Below are positions 37,776 to 50,842 of a stretch of 64,000 nt of DNA, piece by piece (position 1 is the first letter of the stretch; each line of letters opens with the position of its first letter). The stretch comes from Squalus acanthias (taxonomy: Eukaryota). The stretch is from NCBI GenBank assembly GCA_030390025.1, contig CM059432.1:143036001-143100000 (forward strand), written 5' to 3'. Position numbers and translations under genes: made by a program. The notes under the pieces are model-generated. The model searched no databases. It had not been told where the DNA came from and was given only the letters and a program-made list of their open reading frames with translations.

Positions 37776-38041
37776 CCCGATTTTAACTCCAGGTGGATTC
37801 CCCACTCAGTCCTGAGTTAAAATTACAGTCGGGTCTCAATTATGTCATCGGTCCGCAACATGCCTATGTAAAGAAGGACCCTGTTGGCTCCGGGCGTGTG
37901 TCCTTGCTGCCTGCTCAGGAGAGCAGGATAAAATTGCAGATGGTGCGATCATGGCAGCTTTCGGACTGGTAAGAACCAAGGCGATTTTAACCGCCCACCC
38001 GCCAGGTTTCTTGCTGAGCGAGTAGGGTTAAAATCACCCCT
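37776..38041. mobile_element. Harbinger-type MITE
   Basis: GATTTTAAC..GTTAAAATCACCCC inverted ends. Confidence 0.55.
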
Positions 38042-38479
38042 TAACCTTCACTCAGTCTATCGGTTATAGGTCTACCTAGCAGGGTGACGACTGTAAGGAG
38101 ACACATCTGCTTCTGTAGAAACAAGTAGCAGCAACAGCGAGCACAATAACTGTTCTTTCACAGTGTGGGATTTCCCAGGGCTCCAAGGCTCTCAATAGCA
38201 CACGTGTACAGACTTGTATTTCTTCAGAGAGAGAGAGTGCTTATCAAAATGAAAAGAACAGCTGCCTGTGAATGTGCAGTGATGTGTGATGCCAAGGATA
38301 TCTGCTGATTCCCCTCTGACTCTGTTCTCTCTCATGTTTTGGGAAGTTCATGAACAAAAGGAAGTTGTAGAGTGGTTGGTTATGAAGGGAGGACATAGCT
38401 TAAAACATTCCCCTCCTCCTCATTCTCAACTCATAGAGCCCTGTAGAGGGGGAATATGTTCAGCTCACCAGCCTATGGC

Positions 38480-40269
38480 TTAGGGGCCCCGACCTTTATA
38501 GGGAGGCGGAGAGGGAGCGGTTGTTGTGGGGACTGGGGGGGTGGGTGGGTGGGGGGGGCAACTTTGCGTGGAACGGGTTTCCCTCAGGTCCTGCTGAATT
38601 TAATGGCAGGATCTGATTGACATTTTTTGTCTCCGTTTCCCGGCCGCTGCCAGCCGGATTGAGAGGCTGTCGGGCGGGTAGGCCTTTGGCACCAGGCCGC
38701 AGCCAGGGAGCGGAGAGGAGGGAGGGAGGGACCAGAAAGGCCAGGCAGGGGAGATTGGAGGCCGGAGGGGGGGAGTTCAGCAGGGTCGGTAGGGGGGGGA
38801 TCGAAAAGGTCGGGGGGAGATCGTAAAGGTCAGGAGCAGATCGTAAAGGTCAGGGGCAGATCGGAAAGGTCGGGGGGAGATCGGAAAGGTCAGGGCGGGA
38901 GATCGTAAAGGTCGGGGGGAGATTGGAAAGGTCAGGGGCAGATCGGAAAGGTCGGGGGGACATCGTAAAGGTCGGGGAGAGGTCGGAAAGGTTAGGGGGA
39001 GATCGGAAAGGTCAGGGGCAGATCGGAAAGGTCAGGGGAGATCGGAAAGGTCAGGGGCAGATCGGAAAGGTCAGGGGGAGATCGGAAAGGTCAGGGGGAG
39101 ATCGTAAAGGTAAGGGGGAGATCGGAAAGGTCGGGGGAGATCGGAAAGGTCGGGGGGAGATCGTAAAGGTCAGGGGGAGATCGTAAAGGTCAGGGGGAGA
39201 TCGTAAAGTTCAGGGGGAGATCGGAAAGGTCGGGGGAGATCGTAAAGGTCGGGGGGAGATCGTAAAGGTCAGGGGGAGATCGTAAAGGTCAGGGCGGGAG
39301 ATCAGAAAGGTCAGGGGCAGATCGGAAAGGTCAGGGGGAGATCGGAAAGGTCAGGGGGAGATCGGAAAGGTCAGGGCGGGAGATCAGAAAGGTCAAGGCG
39401 GGAGATCAGAAAGGTCAGGGGCAGATCGGAAAGGTCAGGGGGAGATCGGAAAGGTCAGGGCGGGAGATCAGAAAGGTCAGGGCGGGAGATCAGAAAGGTC
39501 AGGGGCAGATCGGAAAGGTCAGGGCGGGAGATCAGAAAGGTCAGGGCGGGAGATCGGAAAGGTCGGGGGGAGATCGGAAAGGTCAGGGCGGGAGATCAGA
39601 AAGGTCAGGGCGGGAGATCGGAAAGGTCAGGGCGGGAGATCAGAAAGGTCAGGGCGGGAGATCAGAAAGGTCAGGGCGGGAGATCAGAAAGGTCAGGGCG
39701 GGAGATCAGAAAGGTCAGGGCGGGAGATCGGAAAGGTCGGGGGGAGATCGGAAAGGTCAGGGCGGGAGATCGGGTGCTTGAGGAGGAGATTTGGAGGGTC
39801 GGGGGACACGGGGGGAGATCGGTAAGGCCGGGTCGATGGGAGATCGTGGCTCCGGGGGAATATCAGATCGTGGGGGTGGTGGGTCCAATTGTGGGGGGAG
39901 CTGGTGTGACTGGGGGGCCGGGGGGGGGAAGCACTCCTGCTCCTCCTAGCCCACGGGCCGTGCTGGAAAGGCACTGATCTTCTGGATCCAGCAGTCCTCG
40001 CCTCCCTTCAGCTGCCGGGTTTCAGCCAGCATAAAGTTTAAAATGGAGGTAAAATCTGAGGCACGCAACCTCGTTAAAATATTTAAATGGGCAACTAATC
40101 TCCTGCGAGTGGATTGGTCGCCCGCCCCCCGCCCCCCCCCCATCCCACCGCCATTAAAACCAGAAGTGGGCGTGTTCGAGGCGAGTTGAGTTCAGGTTTG
40201 AGATTTTTAACATTTTAACATCCCACCCGACCCAAACCCACCCATTTTTGGGGGTTAAAATCCCCCCCC
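38480..40269. mobile_element. GC-rich non-autonomous element hosting a minisatellite
   Basis: Right end GGGGGTTAAAATCCCCCCC of the same style as other MITEs; left end uncertain. Confidence 0.5.
38798..39773. repeat. G-rich 19-22-bp minisatellite GATC(G/A)(G/T)AAAGGTCAGGG(C)GGGA
   Basis: Roughly 48 tandem units, strongly purine-biased. Confidence 0.95.
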
Positions 40270-40736
40270 TGACCACGCAGTGATTTAGGCACCACTCGAT
40301 TTTATTTTCCACTGAAGCCAATGAAAAGCGGGCGGGGTGCAAACAGGCAGCTGATTCACTCTCGCCCGTTTCTTGCTACCGCCCAAGATCAATTTCACCC
40401 CCAATATATCCTCCGAACTAGGGTCACATTCCCCTTGTGAAGTGACGGGGTTGGGGGGGTCAAAGATCCCACACTGCAGTTCCAATTTTGGAATGCTCAC
40501 CGGCAGCGTTGGGCTTTTTATACACAGCGGCCACGGGTCAGAAAATCCACCGGCCAACCAGACACGTCTGATCCGAGGCTTCCTGATTTTCCAATTGGTG
40601 ATAGTTGGGGCGGGGGAGGTGGGGGGGGGGGGGAATCTGCTGTCTAGCTGTCCCCTGTCCAATTTTACATCAGCAGGCAATTCTCCACCCACCCACCCCC
40701 CACTCTGCCCCCCCACCCCCACAGTCCGGGCCTTAC

Positions 40737-40928
40737 ATAGAAACATAGAAGATAGGAGCAGGAGTAGGCCATTCGGCCCCTCGAGCCTGCTCCGCCATTC
40801 AATGAGATCATGGCTGATCATCCAAATTCAGTACCCTGTCCCTGCTTTCTCCCCATATCCCTTGATCCCTTTAGCTTTAAGAAATATATCTAACTCCTTC
40901 TTGAATATATTTAATGAATTGGCCTCGC
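40737..40928 (-). mobile_element. CR1 3' end
   Basis: Near-identical to 27063-27260. Confidence 0.9.
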
Positions 40929-40973
40929 TTGCCATAGAATATAAGAAGTGGGAAATGAAATGGCCAGAAGTGA

Positions 40974-41240
40974 TAAGGTTGCCAACTCTGGTTGGGTATA
41001 TTCCTGGAGGTTTCATCACATGACCTGTCACCTAGAACAGCCCCCCACATTCCCGCCATTGGTCCATCCTCCGGGCGCACAGCCCTTCCCCCCCCCAAAT
41101 CTCCAACATTTTTATAACTAATAAACAAAAGAGTTCAAAGAAAATGAAAAAAGATTGTTTTTCTCCCAGCAGTGTCCAGGAGATTAATCTTCAATTCCTG
41201 GAGATTTCAGGTCAATCCTGAAGGTTTGGCAACAACCCTA
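40974..41240. mobile_element. hAT-like MITE
   Basis: Ends TAAGGTTGCCAAC..TTTGGCAACAACCCTA (TAGGGTTGCCA-type TIR); TSD not clean. Confidence 0.6.
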
Positions 41241-41901
41241 CCGACTGAAGTAGGCCTCCTTCTGTCGGAGGGTATTTTGTTTTTTGATCCGTGCTCTCAC
41301 TCACCACCGACGGATCCATTCCCACCGAGCAGAAATTCTACCCACTGGTAAAATCTCGGGTGTTATCGAATGGATCAAGCCCTGGCGTCTCCAATACAGC
41401 AGCCCTTTCAGACCAGGCAGCCTCCACCTCACTGACTCGCACTGTGTTCCAGACTGAAAGGTAGATGGGGAGACAGTGAGCCTGTAAAAGAGAGCGTGGG
41501 ATGAAGGAGAAGAGCATCTTGTGTTGCATCCGCAGTTAACTGCAATTATGCCTCAGGCACTTCTGTGAGCTGCTGTTATGGGTTAGCACTCCCTCCCCAG
41601 AGTGGGGCAATGCTAAACCTTCAATGCTTTGTGATTGTTCAATGGAAGCTGCACAAGTTGTCCTGGTTTCTGATATAACGGCCTCATCAACACTAATATC
41701 CCTGGCATCTTTATCGAGCGGTCTGGGTTAATGAATGCCTATTTCTAGAGTTTAATGACGTTAATTGACACTTGTTTCGAAAAGCTCCATTTAAAATGTC
41801 TCTTTGTTTTTCAAGACTTCAAATATACAATTATATTTTTAACCTTTCTCAACTGTCTAGACATAGACATCTTCCATACTAAATTAAATTGTATAACTAT
41901 T

Positions 41902-42582
41902 CCGACCACATATCCGCGCCATCACTAAGACCGCTTATTTCCACCTCCGTAACATCGTCCGACTCCGCCCCTGCCTCAGCTCATCTGCTGCTGAAACCAT
42001 CATCCATGCCTTTGTTACCTCCAGACTCGACTATTCCAACGCTCTCCTGGCCGGCCTCCCACATTCCACCCTCAGTAAACTTGGTCATCCAAAACTCTGC
42101 TGCCCGTGTCCTAACCCGCACCAAGTCCCGTTCACCCATCACCCCTGTGCTCGCTGACCTACATTGGTACCCATTAAGCAACGCCTCGATTTCAAAATTC
42201 TCATCCTTGTTTTCAAAACCCTCCATGGCCTCAACACCCCCCCCCCGCTCCCCCCCCCCCCCCCATCTCTGTAATTTCCCCCAGATTTACAAGATCCCAA
42301 GGTACTATTTTGAAGAAAAGCAGGGGCGTTATCCCCGGTGTCCTGGGCCAATATTTATCCCTCAATCAACATAACAAAAACAGATTATCTGGTCATTATC
42401 ACATTGCTGTTTGTGGGACCTTGCTGTGCACAAATTGCTGCCGCGTTTCCCACATTACAACAGTGACTACACTCCAAAAGTGCTTCATTGGCTGTAAAGC
42501 GCTTTGAGATGTCCGGTGGTCGTGAAAGGCGCTATAGAAATGCAAGTCTTTCTTTCTATATAAATGTAAGTTCTTGTTGTTC
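41902..42582 (+). mobile_element. L2 fragment (41902-42285) followed by a Deu-SINE 3' half (42290-42557) and a residual L2-like tail
   Basis: LIQNSAARVLTRTKSRSPITPVLADLHW-type motif; SINE body from AAGATCCC; then TATATAAATGTAAGTTCTTGTTGTT. Confidence 0.85.
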
Positions 42583-42967
42583 ATAATACACTATATTCCA
42601 CCATCCAGTGCTGTACAGAAATCATCAACGTCAACATCATCAGGGGTGCGAGAAAGATTTGCTCGCACCAGAGGTATTCAGTCCACATCCACCATTATTC
42701 GCCCAATCATGTCTACAAAACCAGGCACATTTACCGGGGAAGGCCTGAAGAAAACCGCCTTTGCAGGCTGAGGTTCACCAGGGAGAGCACGACTGAAGTG
42801 TGACGTCTGCTGCAATTAGACCTGCAGACAATTTCCACTTCAGGGATGGGGCTGCCAGTGACGGGCAAGGACACCACTGCCCTGAAAGCTTTACACCAAT
42901 GGGGGCATATTGATTCCTCTATTGTCAGGATACAGACTATCCAGAGGGAATGAAATCCACTGACAGG

Positions 42968-43640
42968 CATAGGAACATAGGAACAGGAGTCGGCCATTTA
43001 ACCCCTCGAGCCTGTTCCGCCATTCAGTGAGATCATGTTTGACCTGTGACCCGCCTTTGCCCCAGATCCCTTAATACCTTTGTTTAATAGAAATCTATCA
43101 ATCTCCGATTTAAAATTAACAATTGATCTAGCATCAATTGCCGTTTGCGGAAGAGAGTTCCAAACTTCTACCACCCTTTGTGTGTAGAAGTGTTTCCTAA
43201 CTTCACTCCTGGAGGGTCTGGCTCTAATTTTTAGGCTACATCCCCTCGTCCTAGATTCCCGAACTAGCGGAAATAGTTTCTCTCTATCTACCCTATCAGT
43301 TGCCCTTAATATCTTGAAAACTTCAATCAAATCACCCCTTAACCTTCTAAATTCCAGGGAATACAACCCTAGTTTGTGTAATCTCTCCTCGTAATTTAAC
43401 CCTTGGAGTCCAAGTGCCATTCTAGTAAACTGCACTCCCTCCAAGGCCAATATATCCTTCCTAAGGTGTGGTGCCCAGAACTGCTCACAGTGCTCCAGGT
43501 GTGGTCTAACTCGGGCTTTGTACAGCTGCAGCATAACTTCTACCCCTTTCTATTCTAGTCCTCTAGATATAAAGGCCAGCATTCCTTTTTTGATTATTTT
43601 CTGTATCTGTCCATGACATTTTAATGATCTATGTACATGG
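42968..43640 (-). mobile_element. CR1 3' fragment
   Basis: LQLYKARVRPHLEHCEQFWAPHLRKD..LRGDLIEVFKIL..FYTQRVVEVWNSLP. Confidence 0.93.
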
Positions 43641-43811
43641 AGATTGGTTCCTTCATTGGGCAGGATCAAAGGCCACCATAATGAAGAAGCCTCTTGCAAT
43701 ATTAGAGAATTCACATCTCGACTAAGTGAACTTAGTTGCTGAGGAGCCAGTAGCTCTGTGTCTGTGTACTGCTCTGCAATTAAGAGAAACTGCCCAGGGG
43801 ATGAGCTTTAA

Positions 43812-44257
43812 TCTCCCTATGATGAGAGATTGAGTAGATTGGGCCTATACTCCTGGGGTTTAGAAGAATGAGAGGTGATCTCATTGAAACATATAAGATA
43901 CTGAGGGGGATTGACAGGGTAGATGCTGAGAGATTGTTTCCCCTGGCTGGAGTGTCTAGAACTAGGGGGCATAGTCTCAGGATAAGGGGTCGGCCTTTTA
44001 AGACTGAGATGAGGAGAAATTTCTTCACTCAGAGGGTTGTGAATCTTTGGAATTCTTCACCCCAAAGAGCTGTGGATGCTCAGTCATTGAGTATATTCAA
44101 GACTGAGATTGATAGATTTTTGGATTCTAGGGGAATCAAGGGATATGGGGATAGAGCGGGAAAGTGGAGTTGAGGTCGAAGTTCAGCCATGATCTTATTG
44201 AATGGCGGAGCAGGCTCGAGGGGCCGTATGGCCAACTCCTGCTCTTATTTCTTATGT
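43812..44257 (+). mobile_element. CR1 3' fragment
   Basis: MRGDLIETYKILRGIDRVDAERLFP..GYGDRAGKWS and tail. Confidence 0.93.
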
Positions 44258-44739
44258 GGAATCAGAACCTGGCCAGTGCCAACTGAATCTAAATGCCAAG
44301 AGCAATTCCATGAGGACTGAGCCTGGAAATGACTCCTGTAAATTTGGCTGAGAAATACATTATTTCAGTGTTACTGATGCATAATGTTGGGAGTTTGAGG
44401 TAACCTAGGCTGCCACTTCAGCCCAAATCCAAATTCCAACCGACCCAACATTTGCAGCAAATGAGACCGGAACAAAGCCTGTGGGTGTGGGGAGTTCTTG
44501 TTTACAGACGTTTACACTGTTTCTCTGCGGGCTCCACCGGTGTCTGGCCAGACAAAAAGGAAGTCACGTAACATTATTTTCCCCCAAAAGCTATGGAATA
44601 AGTCACCAGGGAAGGCCATTGAATCACAATGTATTAACGGGCTTGAGACAATCGGATGAGAGAGAAGAGATTAAGGGATATGGTGAGAGGTGGGTAAGTG
44701 AGACTGATTGTACTTGAGTTCCCAGACATTGAACCTAGG

Positions 44740-45015
44740 CCCAGTCTGCCCTCTCAGGTGGAAGTGAAAGGTCCCACGGCCACTATTGGAAGAAGAGCAG
44801 AGGAACTCTAGTTAATATTTATCCCTCAACCAACAGCAAAAACAGATTATCTGATAATTTATCTCGTTGTTGTTTGCGGGAGCTTGCTGTGCACAAATTG
44901 GCTGCCGCATTTCCTACATTCCAACAGTGACTACACTTCAAAAGTACTTCATTGGCTGTGAAACGCTTTGGTACGTCCCGAAGTGGTGGAAGGTGCTACA
45001 GAAATGCAAGTTCTT
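44740..45015 (+). mobile_element. Deu-domain SINE, 3' part
   Basis: Colinear with 23460-23745. Confidence 0.85.
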
Positions 45016-45676
45016 ACTGTAGTATTAATGTTCATTCCAGCATAGGTTTAAAGACTCGAGTGTCTGCTTGTCGGTGTCGAGAGCTGTAGCAGCAGCAGCA
45101 GCAGCCAAGTTCAACGTTCGAGAGAATGTACCTGCCCGGCCACACGGATTTATACCCCCACAGCGCGGGGGGTGTTTTCACGCGGTCAGCTTGTACCCCA
45201 CTCAGTTCGTTTTTCTGGCCTGTTCTGTCTCTGTCTGTCTGCCTGTCTCTCTCTCTTCCTCCCGACACAGCACAGAAGGAGGCCATTGGGCCCATCGTGC
45301 CTGCGCCGGCTCTGTGAAAGAGCAATCACAGTGCGTGAGCTGGAAACAAACAAAACTGATTGGCCGAGGCGATGAGAATTTCCTAAACCTGCTGGCAGTC
45401 TGAGAATGAAATGCTGCAAGTAGAAGGTGATAATATAATTGATTATAATTACGATGCTTATTAATGTGATATATTTTAATATTGTGCTTGAAACTTCAAG
45501 TATCAGGCACTCAAACAAATAACAGCCAGTAGAAATATTAAAACGTTTGTATTTTTTTATGCATACTCTTTCTGTTACCAAATGAAGTACGTTGAATAAA
45601 TAGTTGTGTCAGGTCATGTACTGTTCTGTTATGTTAATTTGAATCTGAATTATTTAAAAAAATACATAAACTCAGT

Positions 45677-46569
45677 GGGGTAAAAATTCAGTTGGTTGCG
45701 CCTCCCGTTAGCGCCTTAAGAGGGCGCTAATGGGGCGCAAAGCCGCTAACGCCCGGGTGCAGCGATGTTTGCGCCGCTCGGGAACTTAACTAGACATTGT
45801 GCGGCGGCGCTAAACTTTACCGCTGCGACCACCTGCGCGCGCAGATTGTGACGTCATTCCATGGTGCAACGCCCTTGTGGCGCCCCAGAGCGGAAATTGA
45901 GTGGCGCCCCCTGCCTTACCGCCTGACGCTAGCAACGACCAGAAGACTGGAACGCTATCAATCGCTGTGGGGCTGGGGGGGGCGCTATTTAAAGGGGGCC
46001 TCTTCCTGCCTTTTATTGTTGGTGGCATTTTTGAACTACGCATTCTGAGAGAGAGAGGGAGAGACTTCTGGAGAGATTCAACGTTGTGTGAAGGAGTTTT
46101 GGGTACTGAGCAGCACTTTGCAGGTTCATTTTGATTTGCCATTCCTTGTATCGATTTAGCAGAGACTGTGGGAGCTGCACTCTGAGCTCTTTGCCTGGTA
46201 CTCTCCATTGTTCTTTCCAGCACATTTGATGTGCAAGTCTCTCCAGGCCGAGATTCAAGGCTGCAATGAACAGGATGTGGATGGAAAGCAAGATTAACCA
46301 TCCCCTTTAAGAACTGGCCCGTGCCATTGTGTGTGTGTTCCATTGCTGACTGACATTACATGAGCTTCGCCAGCGCTCTGAGTTAGCGCCTCACTCCTTG
46401 GCCTTTGCGCCTTAAGACAGGTGTGCAGCTCCTGATTTAGCGCTCCACTCACCTCCCGGGGCGGTAAAAGTGAAGTTTCCAGTCAGTGCCGATAATTAGC
46501 GCCAGGCGCTAATATTTGCGTCCAGACGATATTTGCGCCCCAAATGGGGCGCGACCTAATTTTTACCCC
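45677..46569. mobile_element. Non-autonomous PIF/Harbinger element
   Basis: Perfect 12-bp TIR GGGGTAAAAATT/AATTTTTACCCC; 3-bp TSD AGT on both sides. Confidence 0.85.
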
Positions 46570-47599
46570 AGTGAATTTTAAGGTATGGTACGACATTAAA
46601 CTTTAACAGTTAGCAAAAGTTGGAATGAGTGATTAACTGTTACTGTCGATCTTACAAGACACAGTAATGGTTAATATATTATATCATGAAATCTGTATCT
46701 GACAACTAGGTGGTATTAATTATTTACTCTCTTTTTTAAATGGATATAAATGGAACCCAGATTGTCCCTTCCATGATACCGAACTTGTCAGCCAACTGAT
46801 TATTGTCCTGCATTGATCTCCAATATTGGTACAAGATTAGTATGAAGAATTCTGAGAAGATTATCTCTAACTATGTACGTTCAAACTGTTAATACTCATC
46901 ACTTTTGGTTACTGCTGCTTCTATTAGGATTCTGGAATGAGTAAGTGGAACACATTTATCGTATTCTTCACTCTAAGGAGCCCCTTTGCCAGCAACCATT
47001 CATTGCACATCAACTCCCACTCACAGCAAACAGGCTGGTCTATTTCCCCCAAACATACAAGACAGGTCATCGGCAAACTCAATTTATTAGTGAATGAGTC
47101 ATTATTAATCAAATCCAAATGATTTTATTTTTTTGCATTTTGAAAAGATTAGACAGTTTGCAACCATCTTGGTTTAATGTGAGCGTGATGGGGTCGAGTT
47201 ACGGGTAACATACAATGCCAGCCCACGCAACTGCTGCTAACTCTCGGAGATATGAAGCACCACCTGCTATTCGTAATATTTCACATGGATTTCTCATAAT
47301 GGGGAGTTTCGAATTGCTGATTGTCACAGTGAAGGATGTCAGTGCTGGGGAAAGAACGAGGTATATTGAGCTCCACATAAAGTCAAAGAAAGGTTCTTGG
47401 ACTACACGTTCACTCTTGGTGTGATTCTCGCTGGAGCCTCACCCACCAACAAAGTGCAATTGTTAGTCACCCCTTATGACAATTTAGTAAAAGAATTTTA
47501 TATCAGTTGATTGCTATGATTAGTCAACACCTCCATTATCGTTGTATCATGAGATTACCAGGTAGTAGAAGGCGAACTAGGCGGACCATCCGGTCGCTG

Positions 47600-47985
47600 A
47601 CCATTTTAATTCACCGCTCCACTCCCACTCTGACCCCTCTGTCCTCGGCCTCCTACACTGTTCCAATCAAGCTCAACGTAAGCTCAAGGAACAGCACCTC
47701 ATCTTTCGATTAGGCACTTTACAACCTTCCAGACACAAGATTGAGTTCAACAATTTCAGACCAGAACCACTGCTCCCAGTTTCTCTGACAACAGGTGTTG
47801 GTAATGGTTCTGCTGTTGCCATTTACACCTCCTCTCGACCCATCTTTTGTTTCTTTACTTGTCCCATTACCATCCCCTTTCGCCTTGCACCATCATCCCT
47901 GTGTCATTTAATCTCTCCTGCCTTCCACCCGATCACAGACCTTCCCTTTTGTTCCTTCCTCCCCTCCCCCCCTTTCCCTGGTCCG
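47600..47985 (+). mobile_element. PLE family B 3' remnant
   Basis: Matches 53365-53790 (KLKEQHLIFRLGTLQP..IEFNNFR and UTR). Confidence 0.82.
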
Positions 47986-48019
47986 TGCCGGTGTTTATGT
48001 TCCACATGAGCCTCCTCCC

Positions 48020-48482
48020 ACCCTACTTCAGCAAACCCTGCCAGCATATCCTTCTATTCCTTTCTCCCTCATGTGTTTATCTAGCTTCCCCTTAAATATA
48101 TCAATGTTATTCACCTCAACCAGTCCCTGTGGTAGCGAGTTCCACGTTCTCACCACTCTCTGGGTCAAGAGGTTTCTCCTGAACTCCTCACTGGATTTAT
48201 TGGTGACCCCTAGTTTTGATCTCCCCCACAAGTGGAAACATATGTCTACCCTAGCGAACACCTTCATAATTTTAAAGAACTCTACCAGGTCATCCCTTGG
48301 CCTTCTCTTTTGAGCCCCAGCCTGTTCAGCCTTTCATGATAAGTATAAACTCTCAGTTCTGGTATCATCCTAGTAAATCTTTTTTTGCACCTTCTCCAGT
48401 GTCTTTTTGCAATATGGAGACCAGTACTGTTCACAGTACTCCGAGTGTGGGCGAACCAAGGTTTGATACAAGTTTAACATAA
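48020..48482 (-). mobile_element. CR1 3' fragment
   Basis: FRRNLLTQRVVRTWNSLPQGLVEVNNIDIFKGKLDKHMREKG. Confidence 0.85.
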
Positions 48483-48518
48483 TGAGGTAGAAATTGCACT
48501 TCGTAAAATAGACACAAT

Positions 48519-49256
48519 GGGCTCGATTTTGTCATTGGGGGCGGGCTGGGGTCGTGTTATCCGCTTTCCGTGTTAGCCACCCGACTCCAATTGGATGTGG
48601 GAGAATTATTCGATTTTCCCCTAATTGGGCAATTGAGTTCCAGCATGTGGGAACCCATGACCCAATTAGTTTTTTTCAGTCTGAAAGTCGCCTCTGATGA
48701 TGTCATCATTGCTGCTGCATTTAAGGTCTGCAAAGACTGGGAAGCTTTTGGCCTTTGCTGTGAGAGGGACCTGGAGGCAAAATGAGCAGCAAGAGACCTA
48801 AGTCTGCTCCCAGATTTTTTTGTCCGCCACCACCACCACTCCAGGCTCCAAACTTCCACAACAATGGTTATGCCTGCTAAAAGTTCCCCCAGAATGATGA
48901 TTGATCAAATCTCCTTCTTAATGGTGGAGCTGCAGCTGATAGTCAATAATCCAAGTGTGCTACCGCCAGGTTTCACCGTCGTGTTTCAGAGGAGGCGTGC
49001 ATCACGTCGGAAAAGTGTTAAAATCAGAAAGGCCTCTCAAAATGGGATTATAGAGGCAATTAAGTGGTTGTTAAGGGCCTTAAGGGCCTATCCCGCCTCT
49101 TGGAGGCGGGACAGAGACGGGATCAGAAACCACACATTGGGGAAAATTGCTCGGAGGCGGGATGGAGGCGGGGTCGGGCCCGTCCGCCATTTTTTGCAAT
49201 TTTAACACCCCACACACCTCCATTCCCGTCTCCTCGGGCCTGGCAAAATCAAGCCC
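48519..49256. mobile_element. Harbinger-type MITE nested in an older MITE (~48484-49561)
   Basis: TIR GGGCTCGATTTTG/CAAAATCAAGCCC; flanks AAT/TAT; short Myb-gene-like start MSSKRPKSAPRF at 48782. Confidence 0.7.
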
Positions 49257-50195
49257 TATTTCGGGAACCGACATCCTGCACCCCAAGGACACCTGAAAGT
49301 CTTTGCGATCGACCCCCCCCCCCATCCCCCTCCACCTCCCCCATCCCTCCCTCCCTCCCCCATTGCCGGCTCCAACCACCCTCTCGGGACTGACCTTCAG
49401 GCCGTTGGCGGTGAGGGACTCCGCCTGATATTCTTCTATGAAAAAACACACGAGCCACCTGTGGACACACGATAATGTTGATGAGGCCAGCGGACCAATT
49501 TCAGGCCGGCCTTGGGCTAATTCTGGGCCCCAAAAACAGGCCCAGACGGATTTCAAACCCCATTCACTTCTCTTTTGCATTAGCTGGTCATAATCTGTTT
49601 GATGGTCAGGTTGGGAGATTCATCGTGCCAAGTGGGCATTAGCTGACATAAGCCAGTTCCCAAGAGGTGATTTTTACATTAGATTGCTTTTGAGACGTAT
49701 TTGTAAAAATCAATACGTTCTTTGAAAACTTAAAATATATTGCCAGCAGTTATTTTTCGGGTCTGACCATTATTCTGCTATGTCCTCTCATTACCGTATT
49801 TGAGAATATAGAGAGTGGTGTGTGTGTGTGGATGTTTTATTGATTTCAGCGCAAGGCTACGATTGGTGAGTATAAATAATCCAGGATTTGCCTATGGGAG
49901 GGAGGTTGCTAGGGTACAAGGAACTCAAGGTTACATGTGAGTCAGAAAATTCCCTTTAATTCTTCAGCTAAATGAAGTGCCCCGTTACCTTAACACCGCA
50001 TTTATATTTCAGTGTGAATTCTAAATAATTGAAAACCAGGTATGTTCAGTTTTTATGAGCTGTGCTGCCTCATGTTGATAATTTGAGTAAAACAAAGTCA
50101 TTTTGGGGGGATTTCCATTCTTGTGCTGGCTCCGACTTAGTTTGGTCTAATTATTCACAGGCAAAATGTTCCCCAGCAGTGAACACTGGTAACTG

Positions 50196-50795
50196 TGTCA
50201 GCCGTGGCTCAGTGGGTAACTCCTCTTGCCTCTGAGTCGGAAGGTCATGCAGTTCAAGTCCCGCTCCATGAGACTCCAGCACAGAATCCAGCCTGACACT
50301 GCCAGTGCTGGAACTGAGGGAGCGCACTGCTAACCTTTCAGATGTGGCATTAAATGTGTCTGCCCTCTCTGCTGGATATAAAAGATCCCAAAGCCAATGT
50401 TCCCTGTAAATGTTTTAGGGGCTGCCTGGTCCATTTAAAAATACCGTGCCGTGCGCGTTTGTTTTTCTATTTAAAAGCTGGCGAGCTGGCTGCGCGGGAC
50501 CCCTGGAGCGCTGCACGGCCGCACAGCTTACAGGGAACATTGCCCACGGCACTATTCTGAAGAACAGCAGGGGAGGTGTCCCCAGTGTCCTGTTTATCCC
50601 TCAACCGCTATCACTAAAGCAGAGATTAACTGGTCATTATCACACTGCTGTTTGTTGGAGCTTGCTGTGCGCAAATTGGCTGCCGCGTTTCCTACACTAC
50701 AACAGCACTTCAAAAGTACTTCATTGGCTGTAAAGCGCTTTGGGATGTCCCGAAGGTTGTGAAAGGCGCTATAGAAATGCAAGTCTTTTTTTCTT
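50196..50795 (+). mobile_element. Deu-domain SINE interrupted by a hAT MITE
   Basis: GTCAGCCGTGGCTCAGTGGG head through to tail; insertion at 50395-50542. Confidence 0.88.
50395..50542. mobile_element. 148-bp hAT-type MITE
   Basis: Perfect 15-bp TIR CAATGTTCCCTGTAA/TTACAGGGAACATTG; 8-bp flanks CCCAAAGC/CCCACGGC (6/8). Confidence 0.85.
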
Positions 50796-50842
50796 TCATG
50801 TGAGTGCTTTCCCAGTTTTCTCCCTCCTCTTTCAAGGACTCT

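Noticed and set aside
40373..41023. 216-aa ORF
   Set aside because: Crosses MITE pieces, an antisense CR1 tail and a hAT MITE; no protein-like signal
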